DNA of 64,000 nucleotides from a candidate division FCPU426 bacterium (GCA_963840035.1 CAWIXE010000002.1:1536001-1600000), one strand, 5' to 3'. Numbered from the stretch's first letter, positions 1-12,261 are shown. Program-made: numbers and translations. Notes: generated from the letters alone by a model not told the origin.

Positions 1-129
1 ACAATTTTTGTTTCTGTAACAAATAAAAAAAGACGGCAGAAACTGTCTCTTTACCGTCTTTTGGTTATTACTTACTTATAATTACCAATTAAATCGGCTA
101 AAAAGAACCTTTTCTAAAAACGCCTGAGT

Positions 130-157
130 ATTATATCCAAAAACGAATTATTGTCAA
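130..157 (-). promoter_or_regulatory. sigma70-type promoter firing leftward out of the window
   Basis: Minus strand reads TTGACA-N16-TATAAT (perfect hexamers) in an AT-rich intergenic region. Confidence 0.75.
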
Positions 158-181
158 CTATAAAATAGATTTATTTTCATC

Positions 182-219
182 TTCCCTCCCCTTTCCCAAA
201 GGGGAGGGCCAGGGTAGGG
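182..219. repeat. CCCTC/GAGGG-type palindromic repeat
   Basis: ccctcccctttcccaaaggggaggg hairpin with flank; its reverse complement resembles 48421-48459. Confidence 0.6.
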
Positions 220-482
220 ATTGGTGCTGTAAACAGCCTTATTTTTAAGGGTTTTTATGGATTTTGGCATTCGTAACAGGCAGGCTAAAAACAGAGTAAT
301 TAACAACCATTATAATTTACTTTAATAAAAATATCAGTTTTTGCATTGTAAAACCTAAATATTTTTTTATTTATTTATTTTTACACGCCGTTTGCGGTAT
401 TGCTCTGATCCGCCATATACCAAACAAAAGCGATAATGCCGACGAGTAAAACAGTCCCCGGAATAAATCCTCTACCAAAGAC

Positions 483-893
483 TTATTTAAAGCCATTAAG
501 CTCAAAAAACTTTGCAGGGGTGCAGATCGCTACGTTTCTGTGTTTACCCTGCGGAAAATGCTTTATATTTCCCGTTATCATATATTCGGCGTTACACGCT
601 ACAGCTGTTTCCAGAAACTTTCTGTCGTCTTTGTGTATTTTCGCTCCCTGAAGGTCTGCTGTTTTATCATTGGTATCTGAATATAGCCTTATGAATTTCA
701 TAAAATCACCGATATTCGCCCTGTTAAACCCGAACTTTTCCCTTTTAAGCACTTCTTCGTATTCAAATAGTATATCCTCGCTTACAGCCGTCCGTAAACC
801 GCCTTCGAGCGTCATATCCACTATTTTAGCCGGGATGCCGTCCGGGTTTAAGAACGCGGAAACAATGACATTCGTATCAATCACAACTATCAT
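483..893 (-). CDS. PIN-domain toxin (putative TA toxin, PIN_3 type)
   Basis: N-terminal VVIDTNV, EYEEVL, DDRKFLETA, ITGNIKHF PIN motifs; overlaps upstream antitoxin by ATGA. Confidence 0.88.
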   Translation of the reverse strand: MIVVIDTNVIVSAFLNPDGIPAKIVDMTLEGGLRTAVSEDILFEYEEVLKREKFGFNRANIGDFMKFIRLYSDTNDKTADLQGAKIHKDDRKFLETAVACNAEYMITGNIKHFPQGKHRNVAICTPAKFFELNGFK

Positions 894-1162
894 TTTTTTG
901 CCTTTTTCCTCACCGCCTGAATTTCCTTTTCAATCTCTTCACTGCTTATATCCTTTGCAGCCGACCTTCTCATGTTATTGACAGCTTTTTTTGCCATTAA
1001 AGCCGTTGTTTCCTTCAGCATAAACTCAAAATCATCCTCGCTCGTCGGGAGTATAAGGCCTATCGGCTTCCCATTAAGCGTCAACACAGACTCTTCCCTG
1101 CTGATTAGTTCCCTTGTTTTCTTGTTTTTTGCAGACAGGTCGCGGACCGTAATAAACTTCAT
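890..1162 (-). CDS. Phd/YefM-like antitoxin
   Basis: MKFITVRDL...VLTLNGKPIGLILP Phd-like pattern; GGAGG RBS; coupled to PIN toxin. Confidence 0.8.
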   Translation of the reverse strand: MKFITVRDLSAKNKKTRELISREESVLTLNGKPIGLILPTSEDDFEFMLKETTALMAKKAVNNMRRSAAKDISSEEIEKEIQAVRKKAKK

Positions 1163-1173
1163 AAAGCACCTCC

Positions 1174-1217
1174 TATAGTCTTACTATAAAGATATCATAT
1201 GTAGTACAATTAGTCAA
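1174..1217 (-). promoter_or_regulatory. TA operon promoter with adjacent palindromic operator
   Basis: TTGACT-N17-TATCTT (1217-1189); TATAGT-ctt-ACTATA palindrome at 1174-1188. Confidence 0.55.
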
Positions 1218-1236
1218 CATTAATACAACATGTAAG

Positions 1237-1698
1237 CTACCTGATTATCAATATAACCACCGTTGCCGCCAGTATTGCCCCTAAGCTTATCCCCATTATC
1301 ACCTTCATCTGCACGTTCTCTTCCTTTATCTGGTTAATATCCATCTGCATGGCTGATATTGACTTATAAGCCTCGTACTGCGCTATCTGCATTTCTTCCG
1401 TTGTTGGCGGGAATTTAAAGAGCGGGTTTGTCTTCTGAGTTACGGCAGCCAGGCTGCTGTTGTTGTTGCTTGAGTTGGTCTCGTCCTTTACCGGCTCTTC
1501 CTTCTTTTTGTTTATGGATTTTATCTTTGCCACCGGTATCTTATACGACCGCTGTCCGTCGTTAACGGTAATATCGTTGGTTGCCCTGCTGATGATGGCG
1601 GCGTCCACCATGGAACCGTCTTTAAGGTAAATGAGTTCGGCGAAAAGGTTGGTGAAAAGGAAGATAAAGACAAGTGAAAGCGATATTGTTTTTTTCAT
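1237..1698 (-). CDS. Hypothetical exported protein with C-terminal membrane anchor
   Basis: Signal peptide MKKTISLSLVFIFLFTNLFA, IYLKDGS motif, hydrophobic C-terminus. Confidence 0.65.
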   Translation of the reverse strand: MKKTISLSLVFIFLFTNLFAELIYLKDGSMVDAAIISRATNDITVNDGQRSYKIPVAKIKSINKKKEEPVKDETNSSNNNSSLAAVTQKTNPLFKFPPTTEEMQIAQYEAYKSISAMQMDINQIKEENVQMKVIMGISLGAILAATVVILIIR

Positions 1699-1715
1699 TT
1701 TTCCCCATTTCTGTT

Positions 1716-1867
1716 GTAGTCGCACCCTCTACGTTTAACCGGGGTGCGTACGCGGTGGTTTGATACATGCCGAGCCTTTATTAGTCGCAGGCCGGTGGGA
1801 CGAAGGCCTGCGACTACGAAATATTACAACAACCGGCCCTCGGGCCGACACATAGGTCTGCCCCTAC
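1716..1867. repeat. GTAG-type REP cluster (REPIN-like)
   Basis: gtagtcgcaccc...ggggtgcg (1716-1748), cgcaggcc...ggcctgcgactac (to 1817), gggccgacacataggtctgcccctac (1842-1867). Confidence 0.75.
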
Positions 1868-1892
1868 AGGGAAGGCATTCTCAATCTAAAAT

Positions 1893-2375
1893 CTACAATC
1901 TAAAATCTACAATTTCGTTAACTATCTCATCCACGCTCTTTGTTATATCGCACACTATCGCGTTCCTTGGCTCTTCAAGGGTTACGAACTGGCTGTCCAG
2001 GATGGCGGGGTTCACAAAGTGGCCTTTACGTTCTTTTATGCGGCCCCTTATTGTTTCCCTCGTTCCTTTCAGGTATACCAGCTTTATTTCCGGGTGATTG
2101 CTCATTAAGACGCTTCTATATTTGTCCTTAAGCGCTGAACACGCTATAACGCTGACGTTCCCCGCTGCCAGGTCCGCTTCTATCACGCCTTTTACCGCTG
2201 AAAGCCACGGCCTGCGGTCCTCATCATTAAGCGGAATGCCGTTTGACATCTTTTCCCTGTTCGCTTCGGGATGATAATCATCAGCATCCCTGAAAACCCC
2301 TTTCAACCTCGCCGCGAGTTTTTCCCCCACGGTAGTCTTGCCCGAACCAAGCACTCCCATTACGATATATACCAT
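1893..2375 (-). CDS. gntK: Gluconokinase (GntK/IdnK family)
   Basis: MGVLGSGKTT P-loop, DADDYHP..N..KM..GIPL.DEDR.PW, ACSALK, SQF.TLEEP. Confidence 0.9.
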   Translation of the reverse strand: MVYIVMGVLGSGKTTVGEKLAARLKGVFRDADDYHPEANREKMSNGIPLNDEDRRPWLSAVKGVIEADLAAGNVSVIACSALKDKYRSVLMSNHPEIKLVYLKGTRETIRGRIKERKGHFVNPAILDSQFVTLEEPRNAIVCDITKSVDEIVNEIVDFRL

Positions 2376-2416
2376 GTTACCTCATTTACTCTTTTTTTAA
2401 CTATAATATTATTCAT

Positions 2417-2445
2417 ATTATAAGGCAGGCTACCAATAAAGTCAA
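2417..2445 (-). promoter_or_regulatory. Promoter for gntK
   Basis: TTGACT-N17-TATAAT on minus strand. Confidence 0.65.
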
Positions 2446-2477
2446 ACCTGCAAAGACAACCTGCAAAGACAAGTTCC

Positions 2478-2502
2478 GGGCGAGCCACCGGCTCGCCCCT
2501 AC
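2478..2502. repeat. GTAG-type REP
   Basis: gggcgagcc-acc-ggctcgcccctac palindrome ending in CTAC. Confidence 0.7.
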
Positions 2503-2539
2503 GAAAACAAAAAACCAAACATTTTATAAACCTAAAATC

Positions 2540-2567
2540 AAAAGGCCCGGATTGCTCCGGGCCTTTT
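2540..2567 (-). terminator. Intrinsic terminator after rpoC (possibly bidirectional)
   Basis: aaaaggcccgg-attgct-ccgggcctttt. Confidence 0.8.
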
Positions 2568-2612
2568 GTATGTCACAACTTTCAGCTTTCAGCTTCAAGT
2601 TGTAAGCTGCAG

Positions 2613-5600
2613 TTACTCTTCTTTCTCTTCCTTCGCTTCCTCATCCACTTCTTCCTTCGCCTCGCCTATTTCCGCGTCTTCGGTCATTTCTTCGTCCTTT
2701 TTGGACCTTTTGACCTTCTTACGCTCTACCTTCTTGAACTTGGCGAATTCCGCGACTCCGGTACCGGCTGAGATCAGGTGGCCGATGATAACGTTCTCTT
2801 TAAGCCCCTTTAAGTAGTCTATCTTTCCGTTCACAGCGGCGTCAATTAAGACCCTCGTTGTTTCCTGGAAGGAAGCTGCCGATACCCATGACTCGGTGGA
2901 AAGAGCTGCCTTGGTGATGCCAAGCAGGAGCGGCTTTGCCTTTGCGGGCGCCTTTTTCTCTTTTTCCATCTTTTCATTTTCTATCTGGAATTCGAACCTG
3001 TCAACCTGCTCGTCGATGAGGAACTTCGTGTCTCCCGCGTCGTCGATCCTTACTTTTTTCATCATCTGGTGTACCATGACCTCGATGTGCTTGTCATGGA
3101 TGGTCACACCCTGAAGGCGGTAAACTTCCTGTACCTTGTTTAAGAGGTACTCCTGCACGGCGTTTTCTCCCTGTACCTGGAGAATGTCGTGCGGGTTGAT
3201 GTTTCCGTCTATTAACTGTTCGCCGGCCGCCACTTCATCGCCCTCGCGGACGTTTACGTATTTGCCGTGCGGTATCTGGTAGTCCCTCTCGGTGCCGCTG
3301 TCATTCCTGATCATGATCTTGCGCACGCCGGTTGAGGACTCTTCAAACCTTACTTTACCCTCGATCTCGGAAATGATCGCCGGGTTCTTCGGCCTGCGCG
3401 CTTCGAAAAGTTCTGCTACGCGCGGGAGGCCTCCGGTGATGTCGCGGGTCTTGGAAAGTTCCCTTGGGAACTTCGCGAGTATCTGTCCGGCAGAGACTCT
3501 CTGTCCGTCTTCAAGCTCAACCCTTGCGCCGACCGGTATCGAATAAGAAGCGATTGTCTCGCCCTTATTGTCCACGATCGAAACGTGCGGGTATTTTTTC
3601 TTATCGCGCGATTCCACGATGAATTTGCCGAGCGTTCCCGTTGTCGAGTCCGCCTGTTCAATCATGGTTTCGTTCTCGATAATATCCTCGAACTTGACCT
3701 TACCTTCTTTTTCCGTGAAGATCGGTATGTTGTAAAGGTCCCACAGCCCGAGAATATCGTCTTTCTTTACGGACTGTCCGTCCTTTACCTTCAATATTGT
3801 TCCGTAAGCTATATGGTGCAGTTCGCGCTCGACCTTTTTATCATCATATATGGATATTTCGCCGTTCCTGTTTGTTACGATCATGTCTCCGGCGTCGTTC
3901 TTGACGTACTTCAGGTTCGATATCATGATGATACCGTCGTGTTTGGCCTTTAACTCGGACTGTTCAACGACGCGCGACGCGGTACCTCCGACGTGGAAGG
4001 TACGCAATGTCAGCTGGGTTCCCGGTTCGCCGATGGACTGCGCGGCGATGATACCGACTGCTTCGCCGAGTTCCACGATCTTGCCGGTGGTTAAGTCAGC
4101 GCCGTAACACTTTGCGCAGCAGCCTGTGACCGCTTCGCAGGTGAGTACGGAACGCACCCTGATACGCTCATATCCTGTTTCTTCTATTCTTTTTGCGATT
4201 TCAGGGGTGATAAGCTCGTTAGCCTTTACAATGACATCGTCATTGATGAGGTCCACGATATTATCAAGGGCGACCCTCCACATTATCCTGTCGGATAAAG
4301 CTTCGATGACTTCGCCGCCTTCCTTTATCGCCATTACGTTGATACCGTTGATGGTGTTGCAGTCGTTTTCAGTGATGATAACGTCCTGCGCCACGTCGAT
4401 TAACCTTCTCGTTAAGTATCCTGCTTCGGCGGTTTTTAAGGCCGTATCCGCAAGACCTTTACGCGCTCCGTGGGTGGAGATGAAGTACTCAAGAACAGTC
4501 AGGCCTTCCCTGAAGTTGGACCTAATCGGCGTCTCGATGATTTCACCGATGCCTCCGGTCATTTTCTTCTGGGGTTTCGCCATGAGTCCCCTCATTCCCG
4601 CGAGCTGCCTGATCTGGAGTTTTGAGCCCCTGGCGCCCGAGTCTACCATCATGTAGACGGGATTGAAGCTGTCCTGGTCCTGAGCAAGTTCTTTTATCAT
4701 GTAGTCGGCGACTTTATCAGTGGCCGTTGTCCATTTGTCGATGATGGCGTTGTAACGTTCGCCCTCGGTAATAATACCGTCATCGTACCTCTTCCTGATG
4801 GCCAGCGTTTCCTTGTCAGCCTTCTTTACTATCTCTTCCTTTTCACTCGGAATCAAAAGGTCGTTAATGCCGATGGTAAATCCGGCAAGCGACGCGTACT
4901 TAAACCCGAGTTCTTTCATCTTGTCGAGCACTTCTGCCGCGGATTTTGAACCGTAGCGCTCAAATATAACTCCGACAAGTTTTCCAATCTGTTTCTTGTC
5001 CATCTTTATGTTTACATATTCCATCTGCTCTGGCAGGATCTTGTTAAATATGATCCTTCCGGCGGTGGTTTCAACTTTTTTGGACTTCATCTTCACGTCG
5101 ATGAACTCATGGATTTCTATGCATCCATGGTCAAACGCGATCATCGCTTCGGCGCTTGAGAAGAAGCTCCTCTTTCTTTCAGGCTTGTTAATACGCTCTT
5201 TATTGAGGTAGTAAAGCCCGAGCACGATGTCCTGATTCGGGACGATAATCGGCTTTCCTGACGCGGGGTCAAGAATGTTAAGCGGCGCGAGCATGAGCAG
5301 TTTCGCTTCTGTCTGCGCCTCATACGAAAGAGGAACGTGAACCGCGAGCTGGTCTCCGTCAAAGTCGGCGTTAAAGCCTCCGCAAACGAGCGGGTGCAGC
5401 GTTATCGCGTTTCCTTCGACAAGTATCGGCTCAAATGCCTGGATTGAGTGCCTGTGGAGTGTCGGCGCGCGGTTTAACAGGACTAAATGGTCTTCGAGGA
5501 TCTCCTCTAAGATGTCCCATACTTCCGGCCTGACGTTCTCGACTATTTTCTTGGCGCTCTTTATGGTGTGTCCGATTTCCTGTATCTTATTGATGATGAA

Positions 5601-6821
5601 CGGCTTGAAAAGCTCAAGCGCTATCTTCTTTGGCAGTCCGCACTGGTAAAGCTTCAGGGTGGGGCCAACGACTACGACCGAACGGCCTGAATAGTCAACG
5701 CGCTTACCGAGAAGATTCTGCCTGAAGCGTCCCTGCTTTCCTTTTAACATGTCGGAAAGTGATTTAAGCGGCCTGTTTCTGGCGCCCCTTACCGGGTGCC
5801 CGCGCCTTCCATTATCAAAAAGCGCGTCAATGGCTTCCTGTATCATCCTCTTTTCATTCTTGATGATAAGCTCGGGAGAATTGATTGAAATAAGCTTTTT
5901 TAACCTGTTGTTCCTGTTGATGATCCTTCTGTAAAGGTCGTTTAAGTCGGAAGTAACGAACCTTCCGCCGTCAAGCTGGACTAAGGGGCGTAATTCCGGC
6001 GGTATCACCGGCACTGCCTCGAGGATCATCCATTCGGGAATGTTGCCCGATTTCCTGAAAGCCTCGACGACTTTAAGCCTCTTAATAATGTCCTTTTTCT
6101 TCTGGAGGGATACGGTCTTAACAAGCTCCTTCCTTAAATCTTTAGCGAGCTTGTCTATGTCCTTTTCCTTCAGAAGCGCTTTTATGGCGTCGGCGCCGAT
6201 CTTTACGTTGATCGTGTCGCCGTATTTCTCTTTGGTCCTTATATAATCATCCTCGTTCAGAAGTTCATATTTTTTAACGTCTGTCGCGGCGGCCGGGTCG
6301 ATGACTATGTAGTTTTCATAGTAGATGACCCTTTCCAGATTCCTTGCCGAAATGTTCAGCAGGTAAGCGAGTTTTGACGGGATGCCCTTTAAGTACCATA
6401 TGTGAACGACCGGTACCGCGAGGTCAATATGCCCCATCCTTTCCCTTCTTACTTTTGCCTCTGTCACTTCGACTCCGCATTTGTCGCAGACTACGCCTTT
6501 ATAGCGCTGCTTCTTGTACTTTCCGCAGGCGCACTCGTAATCCTTGGTCGGCCCGAAAATTCTCTCGCAGAAAAGCCCCTCAAACTCAGGCTTGAATGTC
6601 CTGTAATTGATTGTCTCGGGTTTTTTGACCTCGCCGAACGACCATTTTTTGATCATCTCAGGCGATGCGATCGAAATCTTTATGGCGTTAAAATCAATCT
6701 CCCTGGCCTTTGGCTCTTCCTTGCCCTTTAACAGCTCATTTAAATTGAGCGGTACCGAAGGCATGGAATCCGGCAGTTCGAATTTTTCTTTGTCTTTTTT
6801 CTTCTTTTTGTCTTTAGCCAT
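2613..6821 (-). CDS. rpoC: RNA polymerase beta' subunit
   Basis: NADFDGDQ active site, [13 protein letters not shown], Zn-binding cysteines, TQLTLRTFH. Confidence 0.99.
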   Translation of the reverse strand: MAKDKKKKKDKEKFELPDSMPSVPLNLNELLKGKEEPKAREIDFNAIKISIASPEMIKKWSFGEVKKPETINYRTFKPEFEGLFCERIFGPTKDYECACGKYKKQRYKGVVCDKCGVEVTEAKVRRERMGHIDLAVPVVHIWYLKGIPSKLAYLLNISARNLERVIYYENYIVIDPAAATDVKKYELLNEDDYIRTKEKYGDTINVKIGADAIKALLKEKDIDKLAKDLRKELVKTVSLQKKKDIIKRLKVVEAFRKSGNIPEWMILEAVPVIPPELRPLVQLDGGRFVTSDLNDLYRRIINRNNRLKKLISINSPELIIKNEKRMIQEAIDALFDNGRRGHPVRGARNRPLKSLSDMLKGKQGRFRQNLLGKRVDYSGRSVVVVGPTLKLYQCGLPKKIALELFKPFIINKIQEIGHTIKSAKKIVENVRPEVWDILEEILEDHLVLLNRAPTLHRHSIQAFEPILVEGNAITLHPLVCGGFNADFDGDQLAVHVPLSYEAQTEAKLLMLAPLNILDPASGKPIIVPNQDIVLGLYYLNKERINKPERKRSFFSSAEAMIAFDHGCIEIHEFIDVKMKSKKVETTAGRIIFNKILPEQMEYVNIKMDKKQIGKLVGVIFERYGSKSAAEVLDKMKELGFKYASLAGFTIGINDLLIPSEKEEIVKKADKETLAIRKRYDDGIITEGERYNAIIDKWTTATDKVADYMIKELAQDQDSFNPVYMMVDSGARGSKLQIRQLAGMRGLMAKPQKKMTGGIGEIIETPIRSNFREGLTVLEYFISTHGARKGLADTALKTAEAGYLTRRLIDVAQDVIITENDCNTINGINVMAIKEGGEVIEALSDRIMWRVALDNIVDLINDDVIVKANELITPEIAKRIEETGYERIRVRSVLTCEAVTGCCAKCYGADLTTGKIVELGEAVGIIAAQSIGEPGTQLTLRTFHVGGTASRVVEQSELKAKHDGIIMISNLKYVKNDAGDMIVTNRNGEISIYDDKKVERELHHIAYGTILKVKDGQSVKKDDILGLWDLYNIPIFTEKEGKVKFEDIIENETMIEQADSTTGTLGKFIVESRDKKKYPHVSIVDNKGETIASYSIPVGARVELEDGQRVSAGQILAKFPRELSKTRDITGGLPRVAELFEARRPKNPAIISEIEGKVRFEESSTGVRKIMIRNDSGTERDYQIPHGKYVNVREGDEVAAGEQLIDGNINPHDILQVQGENAVQEYLLNKVQEVYRLQGVTIHDKHIEVMVHQMMKKVRIDDAGDTKFLIDEQVDRFEFQIENEKMEKEKKAPAKAKPLLLGITKAALSTESWVSAASFQETTRVLIDAAVNGKIDYLKGLKENVIIGHLISAGTGVAEFAKFKKVERKKVKRSKKDEEMTEDAEIGEAKEEVDEEAKEEKEE

Positions 6822-9800
6822 TATTCGCCACCTCTCTTAGGAGCTTTTTTCTTGACGAGCTCCACATTCAGCGCCAGACCCTGCAATTCTTTCACAAGGA
6901 CGTTAAACGATTCCGGGATACCGGGTTCAGGTATGTTCTTGCCCCTGACTATCGCTTCATACAGGCGCTTTCTTCCTTCCACGTCATCCGACTTTACAGT
7001 CAGCATTTCCTGGAGGGTATATGCGGCGCCGTAAGCTTCGAGCGCCCAGACTTCCATTTCTCCGAATCTCTGGCCGCCGAACTGCGCTTTGCCGCCTAAA
7101 GGCTGCTGGGTAATAAGCGAGTATGGCCCTATGGACCTGGCGTGTATCTTATCGTCGACCATGTGTATCAGCTTCATCATGTACATGACTCCGACTGTTA
7201 CCCTGCTCGCGAAAGGCTCGCCTGTCCTGCCGTCGCAGAGGACTGTCTTTCCGTCATCGCGCATGCCGGCTTCTTTCATTTTTGCCTTAACTTCGGCTTC
7301 CTTCATGCCGTTAAATACCGGCGTGTCAAATGACTGGTTAAGCGTCCTGCCGGCAAACCCGAGGTTTGTCTCAAGAAGCTGCCCTACGTTCATACGCGAA
7401 GGTACGCCGAGCGGATTTAAAACAACATCCACGGGCGTTCCGTCCGAGAGGTACGGCATGTCTTCGACAGGCAGTATCTTTGAAATAACGCCCTTGTTTC
7501 CGTGCCTTCCGGAAAGCTTGTCTCCGACAGAAATCTTCCTCTTTTTGGCTATCAATACTTTTGTAAGCTTGATAACTCCCGGCGGGAGGTCATCTCCCTT
7601 TACGGTCTTCTTTTCCCTGTAATCTTCCTCTATCTTCTCAATGGCGTAATCCAGATGAACCTGCTCGAATTCTTTGAGCTTGTTCTTCTCATCCTTTGAG
7701 ATATCCATGGCATCTATTTCTTTTATGCGTTCCTTAAGTTTTATCTCAAGGTCCTGTATGGACTTATCCCTGTCCTTGCGGAGCTTGGATATTTTTTCCT
7801 CTTCCTTATCTTTCCTTTTGCCTCGTTCTTTCCTGGCAAATACCCTGATGTCTATTACTATGCCTTCTATGCCGGGCGGCACGCGCAGCGACGTGTCTTT
7901 CACGTTGTCGGCCTTTGACCCGAATATGGCTTTCAGGAGTTTTTCTTCCGGCGTCAGGTTTGAACCCGATATCGGTGTTACCTTACCGACCAGGATGTCT
8001 CCCGGTTTTACCTTTGCGCCTATCCGTACTATGCCTTCGGCGTCAAGGTTCTTCAGCGTGTCTTCGGAAACGTTCGGTATGTCGCGGGTTACTTCCTCGG
8101 GCCCGAGCTTTGTATCCCTGGCTTCGACTTCGTATTCCTCGACGTGTACCGAGGTGAAGATGTCTTTCTTAAGCATGTTCTCGGATAATACTATGGCGTC
8201 CTCGTAGTTGTAACCGTTCCACGGCATGAATGCCACGATAACGTTCTTTCCGAGCGCGAGCTCGCCGTGGTTCATGGCGGGCCCGTCAGCAATGACGTCA
8301 TTCTTTTTTACCCTGTCGCCTTTTTGAACGCGGGGTTTTTCATTTATGGTGGTATCCTGATTGGTCCTTTTGAATTTTCTTAACTCATAAACTTCCATCC
8401 TGTCCTTTAAATTAGAGCCTTCCTTATCGTCGCGCAGTATGATGATGCAGTCAGCGTCAACATATGATACGACTCCGGCATGTTTTGCTGAAACCGCCCT
8501 GCCCGAGTCAAACGCGGCCTTTCTTTCCATGCCGGTGCCTACAATACAGGCTTCGGTGGCAAGAAGCGGCACAGCCTGGCGCTGCATGTTCGATCCCATG
8601 AGGGCCCTGTTCGCGTCGTCGTGCTCTAAAAACGGTATGAGGGACGCCGCAACAGATACAACCTGCTTCGGTGAGACGTCAATAAAGTCCACCTTTTCGG
8701 GTTCCATCATGATGAAGTCGCCTTTGTACCTTACAAGGACAGCCACGTCTGTAATCTTACCGTGGTCATCCGCCGTAACATCCGACGGGCCTATGCGGTA
8801 ATTGTCTTCCTGGTCAGCTGTCAAATACTCTATTTTTTCCTGGCCCTGGAGCTTGCCGTCTTTTACTTTTCTGTACGGTGTCTCAATAAATCCGTAATCA
8901 TTAACCCTCGCGTATGTGGCAAGCGAGGTGATAAGGCCGATATTCTGGCCTTCAGGGGTTTCAATCGGGCAGAGCCTGCCGTAGTGTGTGTAGTGAACGT
9001 CGCGGACTTCAAAGCCTGCGCGCTCCCTGTTCAATCCGCCCGGCCCGAGCGCCGATATACGCCTTTTGTGCGTAAGCTCCGCTAGCGGGTTAACCTGGTC
9101 CATGAACTGGGAAAGCTGCGACGAACCGAAGAATTCCTTGATTGCCGCTATCAGCGGTTTCGGGTTTATAAGGTTCGCGGGGATGGCGTTTTTCATGTCA
9201 ATAATCGTCATCCTCTCCCTTATCATCTTTTCCACCCTTACCAAGCCGGCGCGGAACTGGTTCTCCACGAGTTCTCCGACAGAACGCACGCGCCTGTTCC
9301 CGAGGTGGTCGATGTCGGATTTCTCCATCATCGCGTTATTAACCTCAAAGAACTTCTTGATCGTGGCTATTATGTCAGCTTCGTCAATGGTTTTTGTGAC
9401 CTTATCTTTCGGCATGGCGAGGACCTTGTTAAGTTTGTACCTTCCGACGACGCCGAGGTTGTACCTCTTGTGGTCGAAGAAAAGGTTCTTAAAAAGATTT
9501 TTCGCTCCGGATAAGGTAGCCGGTTCTCCCGGCCTCATCTTCCTGTGGATTTCTATCAGTGCTTCCTGTTCTGATTTTATGCCGTCTTTTTTGATGGTCT
9601 TGAGCATATTGGCGAACATATTATCCTCATCAAGGACAACGCACTGTATTTTCTTAATGTCTGCTTTTTTCAGTTTTTCGACAATTTCCTTTGTCATAAG
9701 GGTTGCGGACTCGGCCAGTATCTCGCCGGTGGTTTTTTCTATGACGTCCTCAAAGAGCACCCTTTTAACAATATCCTTATCGTCAACCGGGACAGATTCT

Positions 9801-10477
9801 TTTTCAAAGAATATGGAAAGGATTTCCTCAGTCTTGCCGTATCCCATAGCCCTAAGAACGGTTGTGACAGGAAACCTTTTTTTTCTGTCGATTTTAGCAT
9901 ATACGATTTCATTGATGTCGTATTCAATTTCCAGCCATGTGCCCCTGTAAGGCACTATCCTCGCGACGTAGACAGGCGCGCCCATTAAGCCTTCGCCTTC
10001 CTCCTCTTCTTCAAAGGATACGCCCGGTGAACGGTGCAGCTGTGAAACAATAACCCTCTCTGCCCCGTTTATTACGAACGTGCCGCGGTCGGTCATCAAA
10101 GGGATGTCGCATATATGAACCGCCTGTTCAGGCGCTTCCTTTAACGACATTTCCTTTGTTTTCTCATCGACCTCTTTTATGGCCAGCCTGAATATTCCCT
10201 TTAAGGAGGCGGAATAGCTCTCGCCTCTCTCTATGCATTCATCGACATTATGTTTCGGTTTTCCAAATTCATAACCCACGAACTGCAGGGTGTAGAAACC
10301 GTTATAGTCGGATATGGGGAATACGCTGTTGAATACTTCCTGAAGCCCCTGGTTCTTCCTCTTATCAGCCGGTATGTCCAGCATAAGGAATTCCTTATAG
10401 GACTTCTTCTGGATTTCCATCAGATCAGGAATTTCCAGGACTTCTTCAACATTAGACTTTTGTTTCATTCTTCCCAT
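6821..10477 (-). CDS. rpoB: RNA polymerase beta subunit
   Basis: [51 protein letters not shown]. Confidence 0.99.
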   Translation of the reverse strand: MGRMKQKSNVEEVLEIPDLMEIQKKSYKEFLMLDIPADKRKNQGLQEVFNSVFPISDYNGFYTLQFVGYEFGKPKHNVDECIERGESYSASLKGIFRLAIKEVDEKTKEMSLKEAPEQAVHICDIPLMTDRGTFVINGAERVIVSQLHRSPGVSFEEEEEGEGLMGAPVYVARIVPYRGTWLEIEYDINEIVYAKIDRKKRFPVTTVLRAMGYGKTEEILSIFFEKESVPVDDKDIVKRVLFEDVIEKTTGEILAESATLMTKEIVEKLKKADIKKIQCVVLDEDNMFANMLKTIKKDGIKSEQEALIEIHRKMRPGEPATLSGAKNLFKNLFFDHKRYNLGVVGRYKLNKVLAMPKDKVTKTIDEADIIATIKKFFEVNNAMMEKSDIDHLGNRRVRSVGELVENQFRAGLVRVEKMIRERMTIIDMKNAIPANLINPKPLIAAIKEFFGSSQLSQFMDQVNPLAELTHKRRISALGPGGLNRERAGFEVRDVHYTHYGRLCPIETPEGQNIGLITSLATYARVNDYGFIETPYRKVKDGKLQGQEKIEYLTADQEDNYRIGPSDVTADDHGKITDVAVLVRYKGDFIMMEPEKVDFIDVSPKQVVSVAASLIPFLEHDDANRALMGSNMQRQAVPLLATEACIVGTGMERKAAFDSGRAVSAKHAGVVSYVDADCIIILRDDKEGSNLKDRMEVYELRKFKRTNQDTTINEKPRVQKGDRVKKNDVIADGPAMNHGELALGKNVIVAFMPWNGYNYEDAIVLSENMLKKDIFTSVHVEEYEVEARDTKLGPEEVTRDIPNVSEDTLKNLDAEGIVRIGAKVKPGDILVGKVTPISGSNLTPEEKLLKAIFGSKADNVKDTSLRVPPGIEGIVIDIRVFARKERGKRKDKEEEKISKLRKDRDKSIQDLEIKLKERIKEIDAMDISKDEKNKLKEFEQVHLDYAIEKIEEDYREKKTVKGDDLPPGVIKLTKVLIAKKRKISVGDKLSGRHGNKGVISKILPVEDMPYLSDGTPVDVVLNPLGVPSRMNVGQLLETNLGFAGRTLNQSFDTPVFNGMKEAEVKAKMKEAGMRDDGKTVLCDGRTGEPFASRVTVGVMYMMKLIHMVDDKIHARSIGPYSLITQQPLGGKAQFGGQRFGEMEVWALEAYGAAYTLQEMLTVKSDDVEGRKRLYEAIVRGKNIPEPGIPESFNVLVKELQGLALNVELVKKKAPKRGGE

Positions 10478-10522
10478 ATGTGCCCCTTCCTGTAAATTAT
10501 TTTTAAGGCTACGGCGAAAAAA

Positions 10523-10900
10523 TTACTTAAGCTCGACTGATGCTCCGGCTTCTTCAAGCTTTGCCTTCATCTTGTCGGCTTCGTCTTTCGCGACGCCTGT
10601 CTTTACAGGTTTCGGTGCTGTATCAGCTATGTCTTTCGCTTCCTTGAGCCCTAAGTTTGTCAGCTCGCGGATAACTTTGATAACCTGGATCTTTTTGTCC
10701 CCTGCGCCTGTTAAGATAACGTCAAATGACGTCTTCTCTTCCGCTGCTGCCGCTCCTGCTGCCGGCGCTCCTGCTGCTGCCATCATCGGCATAGCCGCTG
10801 ATACTCCGAATTTCTCTTCGAGCGCTTTCACCAGTTCGTTAAGTTCCAGTACCGTCATTCCTTCGATTTCCTTGATCAGTTCCTCTTTGTTGATTGCCAT
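10523..10900 (-). CDS. rplL: 50S ribosomal protein L7/L12
   Basis: [22 protein letters not shown], Ala-rich hinge, GLKEAK. Confidence 0.98.
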   Translation of the reverse strand: MAINKEELIKEIEGMTVLELNELVKALEEKFGVSAAMPMMAAAGAPAAGAAAAEEKTSFDVILTGAGDKKIQVIKVIRELTNLGLKEAKDIADTAPKPVKTGVAKDEADKMKAKLEEAGASVELK

Positions 10901-10930
10901 GATATGGCACCTCCGTTTGATTTTTTTATT

Positions 10931-11488
10931 TTAATTTGCTTTCTCTTCTTTTACTTCTACAGGTGCTGCTGTTGCCGCTTCCTTTACTTCCGCGATCGCT
11001 TCCTTTGCCGTCTTTCCCGCCCTGTCGAGGACATTGATGAGCCTCTGTATGGGTGAGTTAAGCAGTACGACGAATTTCGCGATAAGTTCCTGCTTTGATG
11101 GCAGCGAGCTTAACGCCTTGATCTCGTCAACTGACACGGCTTTTGATTCGATGTAACCGCCCTTGATCTTGAACTTTTCGTTTTCCTTAGCAAAGGCCGT
11201 CAGCGCCTTTATGGCTGCCATGTAGTCCTTTGAAAAAACGAGTCCGGTAACGCCCTTAAAAAGCTTCTTCATCGAGGCGTCAATCTTCAGCTCGTCAAGC
11301 ACCCTTTTTGAAAGCGTGTTCTTGACTACCTTATAAGATGCCCCCGCCTTTTCAAGTCTCCGTCTTAAATCATTTACCTTGCCGGCCGTTAGGCCCTGAT
11401 AGTCAGTAATGATGACGCCGCTTGCTTCCTTAAATTTCTCAAGCGTGTTATCTATGACTACTTTTTTCTTTGCTTTGTTATTTGACAT
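10931..11488 (-). CDS. rplJ: 50S ribosomal protein L10
   Basis: DYQGLT..LRR, VVKNTL, LPSKQELIA; start moved to ATG 11488 after GAGGT RBS. Confidence 0.95.
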   Translation of the reverse strand: MSNNKAKKKVVIDNTLEKFKEASGVIITDYQGLTAGKVNDLRRRLEKAGASYKVVKNTLSKRVLDELKIDASMKKLFKGVTGLVFSKDYMAAIKALTAFAKENEKFKIKGGYIESKAVSVDEIKALSSLPSKQELIAKFVVLLNSPIQRLINVLDRAGKTAKEAIAEVKEAATAAPVEVKEEKAN

Positions 11489-11501
11489 TTTTACCTCACC
11501 T

Positions 11502-12197
11502 CTACAAGTACTTTTTGAAATTAATCTGCATGCCCACACCCATCGTGCTGGTAATGTACATGCTTTTTACATACTGTCCTTTTGTAGCAAGAGCCGGGAG
11601 CTTAAGGAATGACTTTACGAAATGCTCCACGTTTTCTATAAGGTCCGCTTCGGGAAATGACGCTTTGCCGACTAATACGTGCACAACGCCTTCCTTATTT
11701 GACCTGTATTCCACTTTTCCGCCTTTGAATTCCTTTACCGCTTTTCCCACATCAACGGCAACCGTTCCGGATTTCGGGTTAGGCATAAGGCCTTTTGTGC
11801 CGAGGATCTTTCCGAGCTTTCCGACATCTTTCATCATGTCAGGGGTAGCGATGGCAACATCAAAATCCATCCATCCGCCTTTGATCTTTTCGATCAGCTC
11901 CTCAGCTCCCACCGCGTCAGCTCCGGCTTCAACGGCGTCTTTTTCCTTAGGCCCTTTTACAAAAACTATTACACGGACCTTCTTGCCGGTGCCTTTGGGA
12001 AGCCCGATGGTGGTCCTTATCTGCTGCTCTGCCTGGACAGGTTTCTTTGCCAGGTTCACGGAGATATCAACCGACTCGTCAAACTTCGCGCTGGCTGTTT
12101 TCTTGATAAGCGATACAGCTTCGGCCACATCATAGACTTTAACAACGTCTACAAGAGCCACTGCCGCTTTGTGCCTTTTGCTATCCTTCTTTTTCAT
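11502..12197 (-). CDS. rplA: 50S ribosomal protein L1
   Basis: AKFDESVD, LPKGTGK, LGTKGLMPNPKSGTV, STMG; start at ATG 12197 after GGAG. Confidence 0.97.
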   Translation of the reverse strand: MKKKDSKRHKAAVALVDVVKVYDVAEAVSLIKKTASAKFDESVDISVNLAKKPVQAEQQIRTTIGLPKGTGKKVRVIVFVKGPKEKDAVEAGADAVGAEELIEKIKGGWMDFDVAIATPDMMKDVGKLGKILGTKGLMPNPKSGTVAVDVGKAVKEFKGGKVEYRSNKEGVVHVLVGKASFPEADLIENVEHFVKSFLKLPALATKGQYVKSMYITSTMGVGMQINFKKYL

Positions 12198-12261
12198 AAC
12201 CTGATTCTCCTTTATTTTCTTTCGTATCACTTAAGGTCGCGTCTATGCGCCCCATATAATA

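Noticed and set aside
1744..2097. ORFs across REP clusters (also 44976-45242, 49461-49757, 48103-48531)
   Set aside because: Translations of palindromic repeats or antisense frames
2445..2472. 13-bp tandem duplication aacctgcaaagac
   Set aside because: Two copies only; likely local slippage or an excision scar with no further support
9040..9130. Rifampicin-resistance substitutions in RpoB
   Set aside because: Cluster I key residues (Q, D, H, R, S) look wild type
9066..9950. 294-aa plus-strand ORF and the many other antisense ORFs over rpoBC, tuf, rplA and similar genes
   Set aside because: Shadow frames of conserved genes; no recognisable motifs
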